A stretch of DNA of 64,000 nucleotides, taken from Setoptus koraiensis (lineage: Eukaryota; Animalia; Arthropoda). The translations under genes were made by a program, and so were the position numbers. The notes beneath the pieces are model-generated. The model was not told where the DNA came from, searched no databases, and was given only the letters and a program-made list of their open reading frames with translations. Each line of letters starts with the position of its first letter. Within the stretch, counting starts at the first letter, position 1. Of the stretch, positions 49,601 to 59,160 are shown in pieces. The stretch is taken from assembly GCA_048013815.1 (NCBI GenBank), contig CM106585.1, forward strand, positions 16,740,001 to 16,804,000. Direction: 5' to 3'.

Positions 49601-51227
49601 GATATGCCGCTACACAACGACTACCGGGTGTCCGAAATAGAGCCGCTGGCGGGCGGGGTGCCGCCGGGCTCCGTTTCAGCCGCAAGCGGCTCTATGACGC
49701 CGGCCAGTGACCACGAGCACCAGCAACAGCCAGCGGAGCAAACGGTGCTGACAAAGACGGCCGTGTGGCTCGGATGCGACGACGGCACCATAATAATCAT
49801 CGATTGTCTGGGCGACCATCACGACGATGATCAATGTGATATAATAAGCGGCCAATTGTACGATATTGCCAAGACGACCGCCTCACAACAGCAACAACAA
49901 CAGCACCACCACCACCAGCCTTACAGTCAAACTCCTGGCACCGACAGCACCGATGAATTGCCAATTGACAATGCCAACACCATGCAACAACAACAACAAC
50001 ATGCACAACAGTCTAGCCAAAACAAAGACAAAAAATTTGTTTGTCACAATTCGCACACGGAAATTCAATTAGCGGCGCCCATCAACGACATGCAACTGAC
50101 TGTCGATAGCGACGGACATCACAATGTCATTGTGGCGCTCAACAATGGCCAATTAGCCATATTCAAATTGATACCAAACAATGCAGTCAACAACAATGCC
50201 GCCATCAATGACCACACGACACACAACAGCTCTGGCCGGCTCATAATGGAGCCAAAAATAATAACCTTGTCCAAGGTGAGGGCGCCCATTAACAAGTTGT
50301 GTCTCATCAAGGATCGTCTATGGTGTTCAAGTGAGAATCTATTGAACATTGTCAACTACAAAGACAACCAGATAATGTCAGATTTCCCACTGGTGGCCAC
50401 CATAATTGTCAATTCGGAGGCCAATCAAACTGTCAATTGTCTGCAAACCGTATGCGACGACACGGGTGTGTTTGTTTCGTCGGACAACAGTGCCAACATT
50501 CAATTGTTTGACACAAATTCATTGGCACTGCTGGCCGAAATCGATCTGAGCGAATCCGTTAATAAGATGCTCATGTATACCAATGATGTCATCAGGCAAC
50601 ACAAGAGCGCCAGTCTGAAATCTACAACTCTATTGAGTTTACCACCACAATCCAGAGAATCACAATTCGGAGATTTACTTTGGATTGGAACGAGCGCTGG
50701 CATAATCCTTACTCTTCAGTTGCCTAAATCGTTAAATGAATTGATCGATTCGAACAGCAACAGCAATCAGCTCTTGCTGATGCAACAATTACAAGGTAAG
50801 TTGTTTGCTAAAATAAATAATGATGTAACATGATTGAACAACGTCTAATTATTAATTTCCACATTATCCTTTCACCCATGTGTGCGAAGGTCTGTCGCAG
50901 GGCCATGCCGGACAAGTGCGACTGCTAAATATGATTAAACTTGAACCGGAACAGCAAACCGACAATGACGGTGGACGTTACTTGATAATATCAGGCGGGG
51001 ATGGACTTGATTCGTACATGCCTCTTGAGATAGCATCTCCAAATCCTATGAATACCGGAGCTGGCCAATTAATGTCGCAGGCCAACAACTTGTCCGCGAC
51101 AATGTTGGGCCAAGATGGAGAATACTACGGATCCATCGGAGTTCCCAATCACGGCACAGAAAGTATTTGCGGTGGCAGTATTGGCAATGACGATAATATA
51201 AACCATTTGATTATATGGAAAATGTGA
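40090..51227 (+). CDS. ARHGEF17: ARHGEF17 (TEM4/p164-RhoGEF)-type Rho guanine nucleotide exchange factor, DH-PH plus split WD40-like propeller, about 2274 aa. Exons 40090-40173, 42683-42871, 43238-43354, 43633-43725, 44312-44607, 45088-50795, 50890-51227
   Basis: Exons join in frame with GT-AG boundaries and consistent phases (0,0,0,0,2,1). The DH domain reads continuously across them. C-terminal signatures LWLCLSNGYIS, VWLGCDDG, IRQHKSA, LLWIGTSAG and DDNINHLIIWKM match recalled ARHGEF17 motifs. The true 5' start is uncertain. Confidence 0.9.
42683..42871 (+). CDS. ARHGEF17: RhoGEF exon 2 (KYMKPLK...VDEIFYTIPEILGHHERFL...FIDA)
   Basis: cacag| acceptor, GCG|GTAAGT donor, 63 codons, DH homology. 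Confidence 0.92.
43238..43354 (+). CDS. ARHGEF17: RhoGEF exon 3 (FTNRPIIDTYTAFINNWKNARQAIKLAKQAKPAFEKYLE)
   Basis: aaacag| acceptor with a CTGAC branch-like site about 20 nt upstream, GAG|GTAGGT donor, 39 codons. Confidence 0.92.
43633..43725 (+). CDS. ARHGEF17: RhoGEF exon 4 (NMSREHKNKLTLDALLIMPVQRIPRYELLIK)
   Basis: Canonical DH motif PVQRIPRYELL; ctag| acceptor, AAG|GTGAGC donor, 31 codons. Confidence 0.93.
44312..44607 (+). CDS. ARHGEF17: RhoGEF exon 5 (ELLKHTPHDHPDH...KKERVLFLFCDLFLMT), DH end and PH start
   Basis: LLKHTPxDHPD and RxLFLFxDL motifs. Homology places the acceptor at tgaag|gag; AC|GTGAGT donor. Confidence 0.92.
45088..50795 (+). CDS. ARHGEF17: RhoGEF giant exon 6 (5708 nt): PH end and WD40-like blades separated by long polyQ/polyH/Ser-rich inserts
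   Basis: Stop-free for 1902 codons; cgtag| acceptor at 45087, CAAG|GTAAGT donor at 50796; conserved islands interleaved with low-complexity sequence. Confidence 0.85.
50890..51227 (+). CDS. ARHGEF17: RhoGEF last exon (GLSQGHAGQVRLL...LIISGGDG...NDDNINHLIIWKM*)
   Basis: A 94-nt intron ending gcgaag| restores the frame; the nearby cag| at 50900 would be out of frame. Ends with the family's terminal NHLxxW motif. Confidence 0.88.
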
Positions 51228-51840
51228 TACTTATAATGTATAGCTCTAGCATATTTATTACAACCAATTGTTAATTGTTAACTACAGCCACTTAATATCA
51301 AGGGCCCTCGAGGCCGGCAATGCCTACTATTCAAACAGTTTCTATACTTTTGATGTCTTCAAATATCCAGCTTAGCCTGTATGTGTTATAATTGATTATA
51401 TTTCTTCGACGTCGACAGTGAAATTGAGGTGTGATAGGTTGCCACAAGGTCCACAGTTGTTTGAGATATCCAGACTAATCATCTACAGAATTCATCGAAA
51501 ATCTTTCAGAAAATACTGCGCGTGCGTTCATACAATTTTGGTTTTGTTGAACGCATTTAATTTGCGCTACAGAAGCACGAAGGATGATCGCCTCGAACAG
51601 CTGATCGATTGTTGTTGTCGCTCTAGCCGATGTTTACTCGGGCAGCAATTGTGCCTCAACAAATCCAATCCAAGATTTAATGATGGGTCGATTCTCAACT
51701 TTGATACATTCTGACCTAAAGTATTACTAGATACAATTTTCGATACACCATCCCCAGAGGCAATATCGCGGATTTTATCAGATGGACGACTTCTCCAGAG
51801 TTAAACTGTCCAATCTCAGGTTCAAGGGAGAGAAAAAAAA
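51128..51840 (+). repeat. Source copy (copy 2) of the duplicated segment: RhoGEF 3' end, intergenic DNA, FRG1 exon 1
   Basis: Same alignment; both flanking genes are intact here. Confidence 0.95.
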
Positions 51841-52703
51841 GTAAGTTCTTGATAATTTTATACTGACATCACCATCTCATTACGAGTTTATCTTTGCCTT
51901 GGCATAATTTTAACACCACCGCTCTCTTTCTGTTTTTCTGTATCAGAAAAAAAGTAAAAAAAGAAAAGAAGCCAACAGATTTGGTAAAAAGACAGGCCGA
52001 GAGCTCAAATAGCGCGAAGAGGGCCGATGATGCTACCAGCCACGGTGGCTGGTGGATTATAGACTCTGAGAAGCACATTACAGGACAGGTCGCCATTGAA
52101 TTTGCACCACATTGTTATATCAAGGCTCTCGACAATGGTAATATGGTATTGGGCACACCACACCCTGCAGGCGAAGGCCCGGCCGACGAAGAGATTTTGA
52201 CAGCCATTAGAGCAACGACCAATCAGGTATCATTCAAATCTGGCTACGGTAAATACTTGTCAATAGATTCACATAAGCGATTGATAGGTCGCTCGGAGGC
52301 GATAGGCGAACAAGAGTCCTTTCTGCCCGTGTTGCAAGACGGCAAGATGGCACTATGTGCTTACAACGACTGTTTTCTTTCTGCCAACGACGAAATAGAA
52401 GGCATACCGATTGAGGCAAAATCCACACGAGCCGAGGCTAATCACATGCTGAAGATCAGAACCAACTTCGATCCGACAACGCTCGAGTCCCAGCAGCGGG
52501 CCAAGGAGCTGCCTGCGGAGGAACGGGGCAACATTTATGAGACAGAGTTGGGTTATTTGAGGAAGTTTCAGAGTCATGGCCAGAAAGACTTCAGCTTGAA
52601 GGATAGCAAGAAAGAGCTGAAGCGTGCTCGCGTCACAGGTGAACTGCATGAGGCCCTGTTGGACAAGCGGTCGAAGCACCGGTCCGACAAATATTGTAAA
52701 TAA
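51782..52703 (+). CDS. FRG1: FRG1 (FSHD region gene 1) homologue, 271 aa. Exons 51782-51840 and 51947-52703
   Basis: Exon 1 MDDFSRVKLSNLRFKGEKKK resembles the FRG1 N-terminus. Intron GTAAGT...tttttctgtatcag is 106 nt. Exon 2 has GGWW, GQVAIEF, KALDNG, FKSGYGKYL, GRSEAIG and the terminal GELHEALLDKRSKHRSDKYCK. Confidence 0.93.
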
Positions 52704-53359
52704 AGTGAACCGTTTTCCTACTCGCAGAGTGAACATGAGTAGCCTAATATGCTGTTGGTTTTATATATTGTTGTTTCGGGCGATCCGGCGACGTTGTTCA
52801 ATTTGACGATAGCGATTTGGCGAATAGCAAGTGTCGTGGACGGGAAATTTCATAGTAATACTGTAACCGTCCATTACCGTGGCGATTAGTAACTGGTGAG
52901 TTGGTTGGACTAGCGTGGTAAAAGTGCAACAGATCAGCACTGTTGCAACGCGGCACAGCGCGCACGGAACAGTCGGGTGTGTGACCGCGCGCGTGTGTGT
53001 GTGTGTGTGTGTGTGTGGGACTGGTGCCGCACAAACGGACACACCAACCTAGGGCGACAATCTAAGATGGATGACGCACACACAAGAGAATTTACAACGG
53101 AAAATTGGCGCTCATAACCTGATGCGCGTGCCTCTGTTTCACTGCGCTGAGTGTGTGTGTGTGCGTGTCTGGTTGCACCAGAGATAAACCAACAACTTTT
53201 TCACACCGAAAATCACCAAAAAACAAAAACAACCGATATAATTATCACTATTGAATAATATTTTCATTAATTATTGTTTTAATTACAACTGAGGATTATA
53301 TCACAACTGAGCACACAGTCAGCGTAACTAGTGTTTGTGTCTTTACTGGTGCCCTTACA

Positions 53360-54916
53360 ATGTCCAGGAGACCAATAGCTGAACCGTCGGTGGCTCCGGC
53401 AGCCAAGAGGTTTCGTTGCAACAGCGGCGATGAGAACTCGTCCCATGACACATCGAAAAATTTAATGGTTTTTGTCAGAGTGAAACCTCTGATGCAACAA
53501 CAGGACGACACACGATCTATTATTGACGTGATAGACGACAAATTGCTCATATTTGATCCGCTCGACTATGACAATCAGCGAGCTCAATTTCACTATTACC
53601 ATGGAAAGAAATACAAGGAAATTGGGCCCAGGCCCAACAAGAATGCAAAATATTATTTTGACAAAGTGTTTGACGAAACTGCCGACAATTTTTACATCTA
53701 CGAAACAGTCACCAAGCCCATGATCCAGGCGACCGTCGACGGCCTCAATTGTTCCGTGTTTGCCTACGGGGCCACTGGCTCGGGCAAAACACACACAATG
53801 CTTGGATCGCCCGCGCACCCGGGCGTCATTTATCATACAGCCAGAGAATTGTTCAGACAAATCATGACTCTATCCGAAGTTGACGCATTTCCGCCAGAAA
53901 TTAAAATTGGCTTCTTTGAAATTTATAATGAGAACATACGCGATTTATTGGATAATAGGAAAAAGTTCACTAGTTTGCCGGTGCGAGAAGGACCCAATGA
54001 GGTCATTATACCGGATTTGACCTTTCACCATCCTAGGACGGCCGAGAATGTTATTGAATTGCTAGAAATAGGCAATGCAAATCGTTCGCAACATCCGACA
54101 GATGCCAATGCTGATTCTAGCAGGTCGCACGCCATATTTCAAATTTATCTAACTAGAAAACTCTTGTCCTCGTCACAGGATATCTGCTTGCAAAAGAGCA
54201 AAATGTCACTGATAGACCTGGCGGGCTCCGAGAGGGCCACTGTTGCCTATCGGGCGGGTATCGATAGGAGTAAAAATTTGCAAAGAGAAGGTGGTAACAT
54301 TAACAAATCGCTGCTAGCACTCAGTAGTTGTATTAACGCTCTGTCTGATCCCAGGAGAAATAGCAATCATATACCATATAGAAATTCAAAACTGACATTA
54401 TTGTTACGAGACTCACTAGGTGGAAAATGTCGCACGGCCATGATCGCAACCATCTGTCAACAGCACAAGCACTATGAAGAATCACACAGTACTCTCATGT
54501 ACGCCAATCGTGCTAAATGCATTAAATTGCGTCCAGGTAGAAATTTGACCAATGTCAACATACAACCACGTAATTACAATGAAATAATAGCCAATATCAA
54601 CAAGAAGCTTGTGTTAGCCAACGAAAAGATTATGTTACAGGCAAAGGAGATCGAAAGACTCAATAATATCATCGAACAATATGACCATGATTTTCATGAG
54701 CGAGAACAAAATACAATATACAATCAACAACATTATCACCATCAACCATCGCCGCACCAAGTACAAAAGACAGGAAAAAAATTGACCTGGTCAGACCCCG
54801 TGGTGGAAACCACGAGAAACTATACCCCTGAACAGAAACATAATGAAACATTCGACTTATCTAATCAGGAAGCACATGAGACAGGATGGTCACGACGAGT
54901 CACAGCTAAGCAATAG
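53360..54916 (+). CDS. KIF18A: Kinesin-8 family motor (KIF18/Klp67A-like), intronless, 518 aa
   Basis: P-loop GATGSGKTHTM, switch I NADSSRSHAIFQI, switch II SLIDLAGSER, HIPYRNSKLT. The N-terminal VRVKP...LIFDP loop is typical of kinesin-8. KIF18A versus KIF18B orthology cannot be resolved here. Confidence 0.88.
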   Translation: MSRRPIAEPSVAPAAKRFRCNSGDENSSHDTSKNLMVFVRVKPLMQQQDDTRSIIDVIDDKLLIFDPLDYDNQRAQFHYYHGKKYKEIGPRPNKNAKYYFDKVFDETADNFYIYETVTKPMIQATVDGLNCSVFAYGATGSGKTHTMLGSPAHPGVIYHTARELFRQIMTLSEVDAFPPEIKIGFFEIYNENIRDLLDNRKKFTSLPVREGPNEVIIPDLTFHHPRTAENVIELLEIGNANRSQHPTDANADSSRSHAIFQIYLTRKLLSSSQDICLQKSKMSLIDLAGSERATVAYRAGIDRSKNLQREGGNINKSLLALSSCINALSDPRRNSNHIPYRNSKLTLLLRDSLGGKCRTAMIATICQQHKHYEESHSTLMYANRAKCIKLRPGRNLTNVNIQPRNYNEIIANINKKLVLANEKIMLQAKEIERLNNIIEQYDHDFHEREQNTIYNQQHYHHQPSPHQVQKTGKKLTWSDPVVETTRNYTPEQKHNETFDLSNQEAHETGWSRRVTAKQ

Positions 54917-55363
54917 TGTTACTAAAAGGATCGTATGATATGTGTAACAATTTTTAATCAATACAAATGAATGCTTCATGCTTTAAAAATACTTTCGGTT
55001 CGCATTGATTCAATCAAATCTGGCGCCGTCGCGTAATAGTCTGGATGGTGTTGCCAAGTGGTTTTTATCGTGCACGGTGTATCGAATGATGTTTCCTCCT
55101 GCCGATAAACACGCTCTCTTTCCGTGCACTCAAGGCACTATTGGCAACGCCCAGCCAGCCACAAGTGTTGGAAGAGTGCGAGTTTCTTCTAGAATAAATC
55201 ATATCGAGTATATAGACGGCAGCATCACACATAATCACGCATAATTGTAATAATAATATTGTAATAATAACATAATTATTACATAATCAATTATTGTAGT
55301 TAGTACTATTCATAGTTGTTATCAACTCAATCATCATCAATTTACTAGTTATTATCAAGCACA

Positions 55364-57223
55364 ATGGCAGCGAGAAACGTTCAAGCCTTAGAGGACATCG
55401 CCAACCTGTTAAGAGTACACTCTGTCAACGCCACCAATGCCTCAAAATCGGGCCACCCAACCTCGTGCGCCTCTATGGCCGAAATAATGTCCGTGCTGTT
55501 CTTCGACACAATGAAGTACTCCGTTGAGGATCCACTGAACGGTGCCAACGATCGATTTATACTGAGCAAGGGTCACGCCGCCCCCATTTTGTACGCTGCC
55601 TGGGCCGAGGCGGGCCTCTTTCCCACCAGCAAACTGTTGGACTTACGCAAGATCGACTCAGATCTCGAGGGTCACCCGACGCCCCGTTTGAATTTTGTCG
55701 ATGTGGCCACTGGATCGCTGGGCCAAGGTATTAACTCTGCCGCCGGCATGGCCTGGATAGGCAAGTACGTGGACAAGTTGCCCTACAAGGTGTACTGTTT
55801 GTTGGGCGACGGCGAGTCGGCCGAAGGCTCAGTCTGGGAGGCGCTGTCTTTTGCCAGCGTTCACAAACTAGACAATTTGGTCGCCATTTTCGATGTCAAC
55901 AGGCTAGGCCAGAGCGAGGCAACTCCATTCCAGCACCGCATGGACATCTACGAGCAGCGCCTAAATGCTTTCGGCATGCACACGCAAGTAGTGGACGGTC
56001 ACAACGTTGCCGACTTAGTGGCGGCTTTCGAACGGGCCTCCCAGGTCAAGGACAAGCCGCAGGCCATTGTGTGCAAAACGTTCAAGGGGCGCGGATTTCC
56101 CGACATCGAGGACAAGGACAACTGGCACGGAAAGCCGCTCGGCGCCGCCACCGAACAAGTGCTCAAGGTAGTGCAGGCGCGCATCAAGAACCCTGTTCAC
56201 GGCCTCAAGCCCAAACCTGTTGCCCAACTGGCGCCAAAGCCCGACCTGAGCCAAGTGAAACTGTCCGAGGGACCCAACTACAAGCCAGGCGACAAGGTGG
56301 CCTCGAGACAGGCCTACGGATTTGCGCTGGCCAAACTGGGACGCACCAATGATCGTGTTGTTGCCTTTGACGCCGACACGAAGAACTCAACATTTGCCGA
56401 CATTTTCAACAAGGAATTTCAGCGACGCTTCTGCGAGTGCTACATTGCCGAACAGAACATGGTCGGGGTGGCCGTTGGGGCCGCTTGTCGCGACCGCTCA
56501 ATCGCCTTCGTATCCACGTTTGCCGCATTCTTTTCGCGAGCCCACGATCACTTGCGTATGGCCGCCATATCGCAGTCCAACGTGAACTGCGTCGGATCCC
56601 ATTGCGGTGTCAGCATAGGCGAGGACGGACCCTCACAGATGGCACTCGAGGATCTGGGCATGTTCCGTTCCATACCCAATTGTACGATATTTTACCCCAG
56701 CGATGCCGTATCCACGGAGCGTGCCATTGAGCTGGCCGCCCAGTCCAAAGGTATCACGTTCACGCGAACGTCCCGTCCGGCTACGCTCAACGTTTACCCA
56801 AACAATGAAACATTTCAAGTGGGCAAGGCCAAGGTGTTGCGCAAGGACGCCCAAGATCAGGCGCTGGTCATCGGTGCCGGTGTGACGTTGCACGAGGCCC
56901 TGAAGGCCGCCGATCTATTGCTGGCCGAAAGCAAGACCCACATCAGAGTGCTGGATCCGTTTACTATTAAACCCTTGGACGTTGAGGGCATTTTATTGAA
57001 CGCCAAAGAGGCCAAATCGCGCGTCGTCGTGGTCGAGGATCACTACCCCGAGGGCGGCATTGGCGAAGCCGTATCGAGCGCCCTGGTGGGACACCAGATT
57101 AAGTTCGCTCACTTAGCTGTTAGGGAGGTGCCAAGAAGTGGACCACCCGATGTTTTATTGGCAAAATATGGTATTAGTGCTAGCAATATCGTCACTGCCG
57201 TTAATCGTCTTATTAACAATTGA
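55364..57223 (+). CDS. TKT: Transketolase, animal type, intronless, 619 aa
   Basis: [35 protein letters not shown], ThDP motif [41 protein letters not shown]. Confidence 0.96.
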   Translation: MAARNVQALEDIANLLRVHSVNATNASKSGHPTSCASMAEIMSVLFFDTMKYSVEDPLNGANDRFILSKGHAAPILYAAWAEAGLFPTSKLLDLRKIDSDLEGHPTPRLNFVDVATGSLGQGINSAAGMAWIGKYVDKLPYKVYCLLGDGESAEGSVWEALSFASVHKLDNLVAIFDVNRLGQSEATPFQHRMDIYEQRLNAFGMHTQVVDGHNVADLVAAFERASQVKDKPQAIVCKTFKGRGFPDIEDKDNWHGKPLGAATEQVLKVVQARIKNPVHGLKPKPVAQLAPKPDLSQVKLSEGPNYKPGDKVASRQAYGFALAKLGRTNDRVVAFDADTKNSTFADIFNKEFQRRFCECYIAEQNMVGVAVGAACRDRSIAFVSTFAAFFSRAHDHLRMAAISQSNVNCVGSHCGVSIGEDGPSQMALEDLGMFRSIPNCTIFYPSDAVSTERAIELAAQSKGITFTRTSRPATLNVYPNNETFQVGKAKVLRKDAQDQALVIGAGVTLHEALKAADLLLAESKTHIRVLDPFTIKPLDVEGILLNAKEAKSRVVVVEDHYPEGGIGEAVSSALVGHQIKFAHLAVREVPRSGPPDVLLAKYGISASNIVTAVNRLINN

Positions 57224-57244
57224 TAATAATAATAATGTTGATGA

Positions 57245-58009
57245 TCATGTCATGTAGGGTGTGGAGTTTTTCTCGGGCAACGGAGCTATGTGGTACATGG
57301 GAAAAACCTGAATAGTGTATGTGTTTTTGTTGTTGGAATTAGATGAGATAAGATTAGATAAGTAAATAAACTCGGTGTTATTGTCACAAACAGTGATAGC
57401 GTTTATAATTAGCGTATAATTAGCGTAACTCACCTGGATAAAGTCGTTTTGAAACTCGGCCTCGGTGGAGCCTATGACCGCCGAATTGACTAGCGGCTGT
57501 CCGTTGTTTGGGGCGACCGCTTGCGGCGAACTCATCACCTGATGGTATGGACTTGGCGGGTAGGGATTGTTTAGCGTTGAGCCAGACGCTTGTTGCTGTT
57601 GTTGTTGGAGGTGGTGATGCTGATGATGGGCGCCCCCAGCGCCATTGTTACTGTTCACTAATTGCTGCTGTTGATTATTGGCCACTGTTGATGTATAGCT
57701 GGAGTTGTCCATTGTTTGTTGCTCGGATGAAAGTAAATTGTTTATTTGACTAGTTTGTAATTGACTTGTCGTTGTTTGCAATTGCGGCGGCTGGCCCACG
57801 GGCCTCTGCATGGCCGAATATTGCACAGCCAGCTCCTCGTCATCCTTGTGACGCGATCTGACTATGCAAATAAAACAGGTTATCATAATGACAATTATCA
57901 ATATGGATAATATTGTTAGTAACAACAGATCTGAATGCATTGATACAGTTATTACAAATGAGTATTTGACAGAGCAACCAGACTTGAGTGTAATGTTGAA
58001 ATTGGGGAA
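57245..58009 (-). CDS. 3' exons of an unidentified single-pass membrane protein: TM helix, Gln/Asn/His-rich cytoplasmic tail, C-terminus VFPMYHIAPLPEKNSTPYMT
   Basis: Hydrophobic helix LLLLTILSILIIVIMITCFICIV followed by basic RSRHK. Canonical intron 57433-57308 (CAG|GTGAGT...ttcag|). Candidate acceptors at 58009 or 57930; upstream exons not identified. Confidence 0.6.
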   Translation of the reverse strand, partial: FPNFNITLKSGCSVKYSFVITVSMHSDLLLLTILSILIIVIMITCFICIVRSRHKDDEELAVQYSAMQRPVGQPPQLQTTTSQLQTSQINNLLSSEQQTMDNSSYTSTVANNQQQQLVNSNNGAGGAHHQHHHLQQQQQQASGSTLNNPYPPSPYHQVMSSPQAVAPNNGQPLVNSAVIGSTEAEFQNDFIQVSYANYTLIINAITVCDNNTEFIYLSNLISSNSNNKNTYTIQVFPMYHIAPLPEKNSTPYMT

Positions 58010-58444
58010 CTGCAGGTGCTTCTCTAGGCCTGTTTGTCGTGTTGCGCGTTTTTTGTCGTCGTGGTTATGTTGTCGTCGTTGTTACGTGTGGTCGTTGTGC
58101 GTTTGTTGTTGTGTGGTTGTTGTCATGTGGTTGTTGTTTGTTGCGGTTGTTGTGCGTTTGTTGGCGTTGTCATGGTGCGGTCGGGCAGCACCGTTCCAGT
58201 GTCCGGGTCAGCAAAGAGCGAAAGGGGGCCAAGGGATTACAGGGTTTGTCCATTGCGGCCGAAGCGGCAGCAGCAGCGGCAGCAGGTTCGGGCCATTTGC
58301 GTTGTCACACACGGAAACAAACGGAGTAAGTTGTTTGAATTTTAAATCCATTCATGGGGCCACCATAATAGATCATTCGCGTTTCGCCAGAGTTCGCCGA
58401 GTGGAAGTTTGCGAAATTGCCCATTCAGTTTGTGTGTTTTTGCG

Positions 58445-58495
58445 TTGTTGTTGTCGCCGTCGTCGTCGTTGTTGTTGTTGTTGTCGTTGTTGTCG

Positions 58496-58546
<51 letters not shown>
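58445..58546. repeat. (TTG)n/(TCG)n trinucleotide microsatellite
   Basis: Direct reading. Confidence 0.95.
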
Positions 58547-58547
<1 letters not shown>

Positions 58548-59047
58548 CGTGTGTGGGTGTGTGGGTGGCGCAGAAGCGTGAAAATATTTCGCGATGATAG
58601 TTGACGGCGCCAATTGTAGCGGTGACACAATGGTAATGACCGGACGCCATGTACACAATGCAAACAGGCAAGAGAGATAGATAGAGGGGCCGTTAGTAAT
58701 GTGATTATTATATATTATATTTGTGTGTGTGTCTGCTAACTTTATGCCATTTATGTCGTCGTTCGTTTTTTTTTCGTCTTTTCTGTGACTGTCGCCACGC
58801 TCACGTCGCAATGCTCGCGTCTCGGTGCTCGCGTCTCGCCGTTTGCGTCTCGCCGTTCGCGTCTCGCCGTTTGCGTCTCGGTGCTCGCGTTTCGACGTTT
58901 GCGTCGCCACGCTCGAATCGCAAATAAAAAGCGCCCTGCCCGCCGCTCTGCTGGCTCTTTGTGGCGAGATAATGCTCCCTGTCGCTCGTTGTGTGAGGCA
59001 CGCTGTCATAAGTTGACTTTATGGGCCTCTGCGAGTCACTCTACTGG

Positions 59048-59160
59048 GCCATTCGCCCTCTGTTGGCCAACGGGGGAGCCACTCGGCCAATTCGCCCTCT
59101 GCTGGCTAGCGGGGGAGCCGCTCGGGCAATTCGCTCTGTGCTGGCCAACGGGGGAGCCCT
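59048..59160. repeat. About 36-bp tandem repeat (caattcgccctctgctggccaacgggggagccactcgg-type) x3
   Basis: Direct reading. Confidence 0.85.

Noticed and set aside
45177-57000. Short ORFs antisense or frame-shifted within the RhoGEF, FRG1, KIF18 and TKT coding regions
   Set aside because: They are shadows of the real coding sequence and its CAG/CAA repeats.
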